A DNA stretch of 64,000 nucleotides from NCBI RefSeq assembly GCF_009914755.1, contig NC_060927.1; one strand, given 5' to 3'. A program made the translations under genes and the position numbers. The notes under the pieces were generated by a model. It worked only from the letters and a program-made list of their open reading frames with translations, searched no databases and was not told the DNA's origin. Below are positions 25,842-38,752 of the stretch, one piece after another (the stretch's first letter is position 1; every line of letters starts with the position of its first letter). Origin of the DNA: the human T2T-CHM13v2.0 reference genome, Homo sapiens.

Positions 25842-26409
25842 ACTTTTGTTGCCACTATGAGAACATGGTAATGTCACAGGTCAACCAATAACAGGTAGTT
25901 ATTACAGGCTCTGATTAACACTACAGTGCATTTGAAGACCACATAGTCAGAAAATAATCAAAGACATTTTCAATAGACCAATGTGTGCAATATAATCTAT
26001 CATAAAAATCCAGTTATGAGAAATTCTCCATCCACAGTAACCTTTTGAGTAGCACCTGCCCTTCAATATTTCCCTCCTTTCTTTTCAGGATTTCATCAAA
26101 TGGTCTGCTGCACTGTGCTGGAATTTTGAACTCCCCAGAGTAGTAAACAACATCTTCTCAAGGGTATACAAGTCATCAGATAGAGAAAACACCCATTATA
26201 GAGCTGTGGAGCCCTTACGATATAGTGCTATGCTGCAACAAATTAGACAGAAGAGTATTTGTTGAATAATAAAAGGTATCAATGAACGAACAAATAAATT
26301 AATGAGCTGATGTATTGATTAAATGAATTTACTTCTTTCAGATTTACTTTTCCAAACTAAAAAAAAATTGTTTTAAACTTTGTTCCAAAGTTATACAGTT
26401 TTTACAAAA

Positions 26410-27570
26410 ATAAAACTTTATTTTTGAATTGCTTTATATTTACAGAAAAGTTGCAAAGATATGGAAAGTTGCCTCACCCTATAATTAGCTTCTGACATTA
26501 GTATGGTACATTTGTCACAATTATTGAACCAGTATTGATGATATGTTATTATTAACTAAATTCTGTACTTTATAAAGATTTCCTCAGTTTTTACCTAATG
26601 CCATTTCTCTGTTCCAGGAACCCATCCCAGAAATCACATTTCATATTGATATCAAGTTTCCTAAGACTCCTCTTCATAGGTACAGTTTCAGGGCCAAAAT
26701 TTTAAGGGCCTTGAGTGTTTTGAGCAGTACTGGACAGGTGTTTTTTAGGATGTCCCTCGACTGAGCTTTGACTGATGAATTGCTCATGATTGAATTGGGA
26801 CTATGGGTCTTCAGAAGAAAGATCATGAGCCCTTTTTGTCACATCATGTCAAAGATACCATGCCATCAATACAACTTATTACTGATGATGTTGACATTGA
26901 CCACTTGACTGAGATAACATTTGTCAGATTTCTCCACTGTAAAGTTACTTTTCCCCACTTTCCATACTATACTCTTTTGTAGGAAGTCACTATGCACAGG
27001 CCATACTTAAAGAGAGCTCCATCTCCTTGAGGGCAGAGTAACTACATTAAATATTTGAAATCTTTCTGCCCAGGAGATTTGTCTATTTTTCCAATTTATT
27101 TATTCAATCTATTATTATTATGTTAGATATGAGACCTTGCTATGTTGCCTAGATGGGTCTCAAACTCCTGAGCTCAAGTAATCCTTCTGTCTCAGCCTCC
27201 TGAGCAGGTGGGACTATAGGCATGCACCACTGCACCTGACAATCATTTATTGATGGCAGTATGAACTCATGGACATTTGTTTTATCCTTAAGTTATAACC
27301 CAATATTATATTATTTTATTGCTAAATTATTTCAGTTTTGGCCATTGAAGCTCTTTTGTTTAATGCCCATGTCATTTTGACATACCTCTATCATTGTGGG
27401 ATTTCTTTTTACTTTTTTGCAGATATTTCTTTAGTTTTTGGCACTACAAGAGGCTCTAGTTTCATCATCTATCCTGCCCCAGCCCAAGATTCAACCATTT
27501 CTTCAAGTAGCCCTTGCTCCTTTTTACTGTACATTGTAATTAATAATCAAGTTCTTGGCACTAGGTTCTT
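26410..27570 (-). mobile_element. L1MC4/5-like 3' end, with an Alu monomer at ~27110-27240
   Basis: 'tttacagaaaagttgcaaagat...tctgttccaggaacccatcccag...tctccactgtaaagttact'. Confidence 0.75.
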
Positions 27571-28624
27571 CAGAAATTTTTTTTTAGTTTATATGTTTGT
27601 TGATAAGGTATTGATAAAGATTCTGCTAGTGATTACCAATGTAACTTTTGGCAAATTATCTGAAACATGGAAATAATAATTTCTACTTCATAGGACTGTT
27701 GTACATTTTAAATGGATTCACTAGGATAGTGCACGGAGTAAAAGGAAACAAATAGTAACTCTAAATGGTATTATTACAAATTCATTGGAAATAAATAAAT
27801 GTAAATTTGCTTCCAAAAGTCAATCTGAATTCTCTGGAAGTTTTGTTTCTGCTTTGACATGTTTTCATTGCTATATACGTAGACTAAGAAGTTAGAGACT
27901 CTGATTCTAGGCCTAGCTCGGTTGTTAAAAAGAATTCACTCCAGTCATCTAATGCCTCCTCTTTTAAAATGGGTATAATACTCTTTGCTGACTTTAACCC
28001 CACAGGGTTAGTCTATTGGTGTAATTGATATAAAATGAAGTTTATACAAATGTATAGGTGGCAATATTACCACCATTTTTGTCGGTATCATAGGCCTCTG
28101 ATTCATTCATTGCTCTTTGCAGCTCCATTTTCTTTCTCCTTTTCTTAAAAAGTGTTGACCATACTATCTTGAATCCATCTATTTATTATAAACTTTAATT
28201 ATGTCAGGTTTTGAAAAACTAGTATTCAAGTTTAGACAACACAATTGTGTTCAAACGCTATTACAACGAATCCACATTGCACAACTATTTTAGAGACTTA
28301 AAATTTAGTTAACATTTTTCTAATTAGTTCGCAGACAGTAGTAAGCTGGTGAGCCCTCCTAGTTCTTGGTCTTGAGAAATTTTCATTCAACTAAGCATAA
28401 CTAAGCCTACTGAGTTACTAAGTCATAAAGAAAGTAGAAATATAGATGTTTGGGAAAGTAAGGGATAGCAGGAGTGTGGGGCATCTTAAAAATGCCCTAG
28501 TATCAAATTATTGATGCAAAGCAGTTGGCTACTGTCTTAAAAGGAAGGGACATCAACCATCTAGACAAGATCAAATATCAAAGCCGATGGGTTTGGCAAA
28601 CTGATCATCTTGTTTTCCTCTTAC

Positions 28625-28850
28625 CAAGGTAAAGCAAGGTGCTTCGACACACCTGATAGATTACAGACTGTATCAATATCACTATATGAGTAATGTTGAT
28701 CTCCATAGGATGTGTCAACCTTCAAAAACATTTTAACAGGTTTATGTAATTGTTTGCTATCTCGTTGTTGGGCAGTATGGATAAGAAAAAGTGAATATTT
28801 AGCTCTAAATCCTTTGAGCCTCACTTCCTTCAAAATACCTGTCAGATCAT
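28625..28850 (-). pseudogene. Candidate 226-nt exon, reading frame fully open
   Basis: atttttgcag|AT...CCTTG|gtaaga; DLTGILKEVRLKGFRAKYSLFLIHTAQQRDSKQLHKPVKMFLKVDTSYGDQHYSYSDIDTVCNLSGVSKHLALP; the ORF stops immediately in the donor (TG|GTAA). Confidence 0.55.
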
Positions 28851-29129
28851 CTGCAAAAATTCACTCTAATTGATCTTAAGACTTAATGGCAACATGTTGA
28901 GAAGGAGAATTGAACTGGGTTCCCATGCTAAATGTGTTTAAAGTCACTTCTCTGATTTATTTTCTTTCTTTCATGGACAGCAAATTCAAACTTAACTATT
29001 TGTACGTATCAGTGAATACCTTTTGTTATGGGTGTAAGATTTATTTGCAAATCGGCAAAATGGTTAATCAAATATTTTGTGTGCATTATCTGATCTCTTA
29101 ACCTTTCTGTGCATCTGATTCATAAATAA

Positions 29130-29423
<294 letters not shown>

Positions 29424-30132
29424 AATAATTCTTAGTAATCCTTAGATGGATGTGGTCTTAACTATTAACGCATGTTTATTTTAGATTTGCCATTTCAACT
29501 GATTTATTGGTTTCTTTTTTCTCTCAGCCTCCTAGCTACCTTTAAAAAATTGAAAATGGAATCCCATACCTGCATAAATATTAAGGGCAAATTAACTTCA
29601 AGGCTGTGTAGAGACAGGAAGACTCAGATCCATATTTACATGTTTTACCTGGGAATGGGGGTGGGATTCAGAAGAATAGAAAAGATAATTGTTTCCCCAC
29701 TGATTATACTTCCTGTGTTTCATTTTCAGTTTTCCAATAATAACATAGAAAAAAGGAAGAATTTGAGAGTTTCTCAGATTAGGCAATTCCTTGAAGAATC
29801 TGAGAACACAGAAGCTCCCCTCCCTACTTTCCATGATTGAAATCAGTGATTCATTGGTTTCTTTGTGTGGGCTTTTGAAAGATCATTAGAAACCAACCTG
29901 AAGATCATGAGATTCTTGTGGACACAGGAGCAATGAGTGGCAATACAGTGCTTTCTAATCCAACCTACTTTAAAAGGTAAACAGATAAAAGAAAATACCG
30001 AAGACTGAAAATGCAGAAAATTCAACCATGCAGCCCATTCCAAATTAAATATGTCTTCCTCTCTAATTCCTCTCTTCTAGCAGAGAAGGGGAGATGAGCT
30101 ATGACTCCATGCTCATGCTTAACAAAATTGTG

Positions 30133-31385
30133 TTAGATTGGTGCAAAAGTAATTGCAGTTTTTGCCATTTAAAAGTAATTGCAATGTTATCTCCTAGAAT
30201 TTTTATAGTTTCAGGTCTTAAGTTTAAGTCCTTAATCCATCTTGAGCTGATTTTTTGTATAGGGCTGGACGTTCGCTTAGGCAAGGATTTCATGACCAAC
30301 AACCTGAAAGGAAATGCAATAAAAACAAAGATAAATAGCTGGAACCTAGTTAAACTAAAGAGCTTTTGCATGGCAAAAAGAAGAGTCAGCAGAGCAAACA
30401 GATAACAAACAGAGTGGGAGAAAACCTTCATAATCTGTACATCTGACAAAGTGCTAATATCCAGAATCTACAATGAACTCAAACAAATCAGTAAGAAAAA
30501 AACAATTCCATCAGAAAGTGGCTAAGGATATGAATAGGCAGTTCTCAAAAGAAGATATACAAATGGCCAACAAACATAGGAAAAAACGCTCAACATCACA
30601 AATGATCAGGGAAATGCAAATCAAAACCACAATGCGATACCACCTCACTCCTGCAAGAATGGCCATAATTAAAAAAAAAAATCAAAAAACAGTAGATGTT
30701 AGCATGGATGCGGTGAACAGGGAACACTTCTACACTGCTGGTGGGAATGTAAACTAGTAAAGCCACTATGGAAAACAGTGTGGAGATTCCTTGAAGAATT
30801 AAAAGTAGAACTACCATTTGATCCAGCAATCCCACTACTGGGTATCTACCCAGAGGAAAAGAAGTCACTATTCAAAAAAGATACTTGCACACACATGTTT
30901 ATAGTGGCACAATTCAAAATAGCAAAATCGTGGAACCAACCCAAATGCCCATCAATCAACAAGTGGATAAAGAAACTGTGGTATGTATATATAATGGAAT
31001 ACTATGCAGCCATAAAAAGGAATGAATTAACAGCATTTGCAGTGACCTGAATGAGATTGGAAACTTATTCTAAGTAAAGTAACTCAGGAATGGAAAACCA
31101 AACATCATATTTTCTCACAGATATATGGGAACTAAGTTATGAGGACTCAAAGGCATAAGAATGATACAATGGACTTTGGGGACTTGGGGGGAAGGGTGAG
31201 AAGTGGGTGAGGTATAAAACACTACAAATATGCTGCAGTGTATACTGCGCAGGTGATGGGTGCACCAAAATCTCACAAATCATCCCTAAAGAACTTACTC
31301 ATGTAACCAAATACCATCTATACCTCAATAACTTATGGGGAAAAAAGTAATTGCAAAAACTGCAATTACCTTTGCATGAACCAAA
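30133..31385. mobile_element. MADE1 (Hsmar1 MITE) split by an L1PB; halves 30133-30184 and 31343-31385
   Basis: ttagattggtgcaaaagtaattgcagtttttgccatt ... gcaaaaactgcaattacctttgca. Confidence 0.88.
30185..31342 (+). mobile_element. 5'-inverted, truncated L1PB (PB1-like)
   Basis: 30185-30264 antisense ORF2, 30265 onward sense ORF2 end and 3'UTR; 14-bp TSD aaaagtaattgcaa at 30171-30184 and 31343-31356. Confidence 0.92.
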
Positions 31386-31599
31386 GGCCTACTTTGGAGA
31401 GTCAGAGGAATTCTTAACCATAATTCAACCAAGACATACGGTATGTGCCTTCTCTTTGGTGGAACAGTGAATATACAGGCTACTAGCCTGTACTGAGTGT
31501 TTCAGCCAAAACACATTCTTTTAAAAGTCACAGTTTTAAGTGACAATATCCCAATGAAAATACAAATTAAAAAATGCATTGGCATATCTATATTCCCTC

Positions 31600-32210
31600 C
31601 CAAAATAACACACATTTGGAATATATAAAGAACTCTTAAAAGTCAATGAGAAAAAAAGCAATAGCTCAGTAGAAAAGTGGGAAGAAGACTTGGACACTTC
31701 AGAAAAGAGAATATATTAAAATAGTCCATAAACAGAAATAAAAGGTGCTCAACTTTATGAGTCATCTGGGATATGTAGATTAAAACCACAGTGCAATATT
31801 ATACCACCCCTACCAGAATAACTAAAAAGAGTAAGTTGGAAAATACTCAGTGCTGATGAGAAAGTGGGGTAATTGAAACTCTTATACATCATTCTAGGAA
31901 CATCCACTTAGGAAAACAACTTGGCAGTGTCTAATAAAGTCCAGTATATGCATTCCCTATAACCCAGAATTTTTACTCTCAGGTGTATACCCAACAGAAA
32001 TGCAGGTGTGTGTTCACCAGAAATCATGTTCAAGAATGTTCATGGTATCACTAGTCATGAGGCACAAAAACTGGAAATGTTCATCAACAATGAGTAGGAT
32101 AAATAAGTTGTGTTAATATTTATACAATTGAAAATTATACAGCAGAAAGAATAAATAATCTAAACCTACACACAACAGCATGAAGAAATCTCATGAGTGG
32201 AATGTTAGAT
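31600..32210 (+). mobile_element. Old L1ME-like ORF2 3' fragment
   Basis: 'aaaaggtgctcaacttta...ttaaaaccacagtgcaata...aggtgtatacccaacagaaatg'. Confidence 0.65.
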
Positions 32211-33428
32211 CATAACCTAAATAAACTTACCTGGAGCAGGTGCCACTGAAGCCATAAAATGGTAGGATGAATTGCTGGAGGCTGACTATGGACTAGCTTG
32301 ACAGTAAAAAATTTGGGGAGGTCCATTCTGAAGGAGGCCCCTCACACTTTCTTGGATTTTATCTTCAGGAAGCCCACCAGATTTTCATGGTGAAGATCTT
32401 AGAAAACATCTCTCATATCTTGGTCAGTTGGGGGAAAGTAGCATTTTGAAATAATCCTAGAGCATTCTCCATAGCCAAGGTTTACTCCTCAACGGAAACA
32501 ACTTTACCAGAGCCTTATTTGACCATGGAGAAGGGCAGTTAGCCCCCTACATCCCTCTCTAGCTTTCTTGTGTTACTTAGTGGAAGGAAAAAAAGGATAA
32601 GAAACACTTCTGAAGTCCAATTCAGGGACTTGAGCCCACTAAAAGACTGAAATATACTTACCTCCTCCACACCTTACCACCACATCAACACAGCTCCAGA
32701 ATAATCACAATGGGTTACAATGGAAAGAGCTGCAAAACATAGACTCTATTTAAGAAGGAATTCTTAGGGAAATCCAATGTGGAGAAAACAAAGACACTGA
32801 GGAAACTAAAGTCTCTGGCATCTATAGCTATGGAAAACATGAAGCACAACCCATCTGCTAGGCAGATTGACATAAAACCTCATACTAAAGACCTATTTTC
32901 CTCAGTTCTCATTACCTGATACATCATGTTTGACTTTTAACAAAAAATCATAAGGAAGGCTATACAAAAAGAAAAGGAAAAACACAGTCAGAAGAGACAA
33001 AGTAAGCATCTGAACTAGACTTTGACATGAAACAAAGTTTGGAATAATCAAATAGATAATTAAAAATAACTATGATTAGTTATGTTAAGGACTGTAATAG
33101 AAAAAGTATAAGCATGCAAGAGCAGATGAATAATATAAGCAGAATAATGAAAACTCTAAGAAAGAATCAGAAGAAAATGACAGAAATGAAAAACACTGCA
33201 ACAGAAATGAAGAATGCCTTTGATAAGCTCATTACTAAACTGAACATAAACAAGGAAATAATCAATAATTTAAAGATATATCAAAGGAGACATTGCAAAT
33301 TGAAATACTAAGAGAAAAAGGACTACAACCTCCATTCCAATATCCAAGAACAATTACAAAAATATAACATATGCATAATTGAAGTACTAGAAGAAGAAGA
33401 AAGGAGCAGAGGAAGTGCAGAGGAAGTA

Positions 33429-33665
33429 CAGTAGTTCCCTCTTATCCATGGTGGATACATTCAAAGACCCCCAGTGGATGCCTGAAAATGCAGATAGTAC
33501 TAAACCCTACCTATACATTCTATGTTTTTTCCTATATGTACATATCTATGATAAGGTTTAACTTATAAATTAGGCATAAAAAGAGTTTAACAGTATAATA
33601 AAATAGAAAAATTATAACAATACTCAGAACCAAGCACAACTGAAAACTTGTGAAATGTTTATTTC
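33429..33665 (+). mobile_element. Tigger3/MER7-type TcMar fragment
   Basis: ta-cagtagttccctcttatccatggtggatacattcaaagacccccagtggatgcctgaaa... Confidence 0.8.
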
Positions 33666-34004
33666 TGGGCATGGTGGCTCATGCCTGTAATCCCAACACT
33701 TTGCAAAGCCAAGGCAGATGGATTGCTTGAGCTCAGGAGTTTAAGACCAGTGTGGGAAGCATGGTGAAACCTCATCTCTACAAAAAATACAAAAAATTAC
33801 CTAGGTGTAGTGGCACATGCCCATAGTTCCAGCTACTTGGGGTGGTGGGAGGGTGTGTGGTGGGGGGCAGTGTGGGGTGGAAGGGAGCTGAAATGGGATA
33901 ATCGCTTGAGACCAGGAAGTCAAGGCTGTACTGAGCCTTGACTGGGCCACTGCACTCCAGCCTGGGTGACAGAATGAGACCCTGTCTCAAAAAAAAAAAA
34001 AAAA
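33666..34004 (+). mobile_element. AluJ with a G-rich internal insert
   Basis: 'ggattgcttgagctcaggagtt', 'aagtcaaggctgta', poly(A) tail. Confidence 0.9.
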
Positions 34005-34613
34005 GGAAAATTATTAAGGATAAAGATGGGCATTAAATAATGAGAAAGGGGCAATTATCCAAAAAACATAATAATTCTTAAGTTATGCAGGTAACACAGC
34101 ATCTAAATACATGAGACAAAAATTTATAAAACTGCAAGAAGAAATAATCAAATTTAATATTATTTAATAATATTTTTGGAGATCTCAACATCCCTATATT
34201 AATAACAGCTAATTTCAACAAGCAGAAATCAGGAAAATGTTCAACTGAATAGCACTAACAATGAACAGGATCTAACTGTTCAAGTAGCAGCAGAATAATT
34301 AATCAAGTAACAGCAGAATACATATTCCTCTCAAGTTTATATGGGACTTTATGCAAAATAGACCACATTCTGGGGCTGAAAAAGATGCCCTCACAAATTT
34401 AAAAGAATAGAAGGTTTACTGCATGTGTTCTTAGACTATAATGAAATTTAACTGGAAATCAGTGCCAGAAAAAAACTCAGAAGTCCCCAAATAGTTTGAG
34501 ATTAAATAACATACTTTTATATAACACATAGGTCAAAGAAGAAGTCTCAAAGGAAATTTAAAAATATTTCGAACTAAACAAAATGAAATGTACATCAAAA
34601 TTTATGGGATGCT

Positions 34614-34774
34614 CAGGAAAAATAGCTAGTGGATGCTTGGCTTCATACCTAGGTGATGGGTTGATCTGTGCAGCAAAGCACCATGGCACACGTTTACCTA
34701 TGTAACAAACCTGCACATCCTGCACATGTACCCTGGAACTGAAAATAAAAGTTGATTAAAAAAGAAAGAGAAAG
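34614..34774 (+). mobile_element. L1PA15/16-like 3' end fragment
   Basis: 'caggaaaaatagcta...gatgggttgatctgtgcagcaaagcaccatggcacacgtttacc...aaaataaaagttga'. Confidence 0.85.
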
Positions 34775-37700
34775 GATAATTCCTTTCACCCACAGTTTCC
34801 TGTCTCCTAATAGTCCTTCTGTTGTGTCTTTAAATAAATGTGTCTCAAATCTTAAGATATTCATAAAATCTGGGATTGCAGATGTATTTTGCATTACAAG
34901 TCCTATTTTTATTTTTTAATGGAATGCTGTAAAAGCAGTTCTTAGAGGCAAATTTATAGCAGCAAATGCATATATTAGAAAAGAAGAAAAATCTAAAATC
35001 ACTAATAGAAATGTGCCTTAGGAAAGTAAAGAGAGGAGAGCAATTTAAGCCTCAAGTAAGCAGAAGAAAAGACATAAAACTTTGAGCAGAAATCAATAAA
35101 ATTGAAAACATGAGGTCAACAGAGAAAGTCAATAAACCCAAAAGGCAATGCCTTTAAAAGATCAATAAAATCGATAAATCCATAGCCAGGCTAACCAAGT
35201 GAAAAAGGGAGAAGACACAAATTATAAATATTGATTCCATAGACATTAAAAAGATAATAAAAGAACATTACAAACAAATGTATACTGACACTTTTGGTAA
35301 TTTAGATGAAATGAATCAATTCCTTGAAAGACATAAACCATCAAAACTTATGGAAAAGAAATACATTACCTAAATAGATCTATATTTATTTAAAAAATAG
35401 ATAAATCATTAATAATCTTTCAAAAAAGAAAGCGTCTCGCCCAGATTCTTTCACTAATGAATTCCACCAAGCATTTAAGGAAGAAATAATGTCAGTTCTC
35501 TATAATCACTTTTAGAAAATAGAAGTAAGAGGTATACCTCCTAACTCATTCAAGGAGGCAGGCATTATCTTAATATCAAAACCGGGGAAATACACTACAA
35601 GAAATGAAACCTACAGCTCAATATATTTTATGAATATAGATGGAAAAATTTTCAATAAAATATTAGCTAATTGAATCCAAAAATATATAAAAATAGTAAT
35701 ACATCACAGTAAGTGCAATTTATTTTAGGCATACCAGACTGATCTGACATTTATTAACTGGCTAAAGAACTATTTTATGATTCTGTCAATTGATGCAGAG
35801 AAAGCATTTGACAAACTCCAACATCTCCAACATCTATTTATGAGAAAAAGTCTTAGAAAACTAGGAATAAAAAACATCCTCAACTTAATCTGGAACATCT
35901 AAAAAATAGGACTTCACGCTATTTTATGGTGAGAAATGATATGCTTTTCTTCTATATTGGGAACAAGACAAGGTTCTTTTTTTGCCACTCTTATTCACCA
36001 TCCTACTGGATGTCCTAATTAGTGCAACAAGGCAAGAAAAAATATATATACAGATTAGAAAGAAAAAAAGAAAACTACCTCTGTTCAAGATGACATAATT
36101 ACTTATTTAGTAAAACTGAAAGAATTGACTCCTGGAATTAATATGTGATTATAGCAAGGTTGCAGGATGCGAGGTTAATAGAAGTCAATTGTGTTTCCAT
36201 GTACCACCAGTGAACAAGTGAAAATTGAAGTTGAAAACAAAATACAATTTCATTCCTTCCCCCAGCAAAAATGAAATATAAACAACAAAATATGTATACA
36301 ACATATATTATGTATATGGAAAATTTTAAGTCTGATGAAAGAAATAAAGGAAGATCTAAATAAATGGAGATGTACCACTTTCATGGATAAGTAGATTCAA
36401 TAATGTTGAGATATAAATTCTTCACGAATTGGTGTATACATTTAATACAATTCTAATAAATTCTCAGCAAGTTATTTTGTGGTTATTGACAAATTTATTC
36501 TATTTTTTAGCTTCATCTCAAAAGATGATTTTAAAATTTATATGGAAATGCAAGAGACCCAGAATAGTCTACATAATACTGACCAAAGGACTAAGTTGGA
36601 GAACTGACACTACTCATAGTACTACAAAGCTACAGTAATTATGACAGTGAGGTATTTGTACAAGAATAGACAAATGGATTAATAGAAAAGAGGAGAGAGC
36701 CTCTTTTAGACCCTCAACTGATCCTTGACAGAGCAAAATAAATTCAATTGAGAAAGGACAGTCTTTTCAACAAATAATCATCAAAAATTGTGCATATACA
36801 TGCAAAAATGAATCTAGACATATACCTTATGCTTTTCACAAAAATTAATTTAAAATGGACCTTAGTTCTAAATGTAAAACAAAAACTAGAAAACTTCTAT
36901 GAGATAGCATAGGAGAAAATCTAGGTGACCTTGGGTTTGATTAAATCATGATCCATGAAAGAAAAAAATTTAAAAAAAATTGAACTTAATTAAATTTAAA
37001 AATTGTTATGTGAAATATATTGTTAAGTAAATGAGAAGACAAGCCACAGAATGAGAGAAAATATTTTAAAAACATATCCAGTAAAGGAGTTAAATCCAAA
37101 TGACACCAAGGTATTTAAATAATTCTATGTAATGATCAAAAGATCTGAACATTCAACTCACCAAATAAGATGTACAGATGGCATATAAGCATATGAAAAG
37201 ATGCTCAACATCTTATGTTATTAGAGAATAGTAAATTAAAACAACAATGAGAAACCACTACACCTATTAGAATGGCTGAAATCCAAATTACTGACAACAA
37301 CCAATGCTGTTGAGAATGCAATGCAAGAGAAACTCTAGTTCATCCAATTTTCAAATGTGACTGTAAAAGGCTGCAGCCACTTTAGAAGACATTTTGTCTG
37401 TTTCTTACAAAGCTAAGCATAGCCTTGCATTATAATCTGCAGTTGTGTTCCTCTGTATATACCCAATTACACTGAAACATTATGTCTACAAAAAAATCCT
37501 GAAAACAAATGTTTATAGCAGGTTTATTGTTACTTGGTAGTTACCAAAAATGGAAAACAATCAAGATGTCTTTCAATAGATGAGTGAATAAACTATAAGA
37601 TATCCATAAAATGGAATATTATTCAGCAGTAAAAAGAAATGAGCTTTCAAATCATGAAAAGACATGGAGGAAACTCAAATGCATACTGTTACATGAAAGC

Positions 37701-38362
37701 AGCCAGTGTGAAAAGGCTACATGCTATATAATTTCAATTAGATGATATTTTGGAAAGAAGCAAAACTGTAAAGAAAAAGATCAGTTTTTGCCTGGCGTTC
37801 AGGGAAAGGGAAGAATAAGTTAAGCACAGGAGACTTGGGGAGCTGTGAAATGATTCTGTGCAATATTGGTGGAATTTTGGCAACATTATGCATTTGCCAA
37901 AGGCAATAGAAGTTTTTGACACAAAGAGTTACCATAATGCAGGCAAATTTTAGAAAATTATTTAGAAGGTCAGAGGATCCCAGAAGCAATGTGGACTTTA
38001 CAGAAGAAATTCACTGCATTACAAAGCATCAGATAACCTTAGTAAGGTGGAGAGAGAAAATGGTCTTAACATAAATATCTTTAAAAATGAATGGAATCTG
38101 TCAGACTATAGGCAAGATGAGCTGCACAAAAGCACTGTACTCTAGCTGATAAAATTATTTCTCATTGGCTTCTGGTTAACAGTTCTGATACTGCTATACA
38201 TATATATGGGAATTGAATAATTAAGCCTATAAATGGCAAACATTGGGAGTTATATTTCTCACGGTGTGGAAATTTACAGATCAACTAGGGGAACAGTCTT
38301 GAATAATCAATGTGATGATCATTACAGTTGGAGACATCAAGGAGAACTAATGTTTAACTTAA

Positions 38363-38740
<378 letters not shown>

Positions 38741-38752
38741 TGTTGATTTTTT

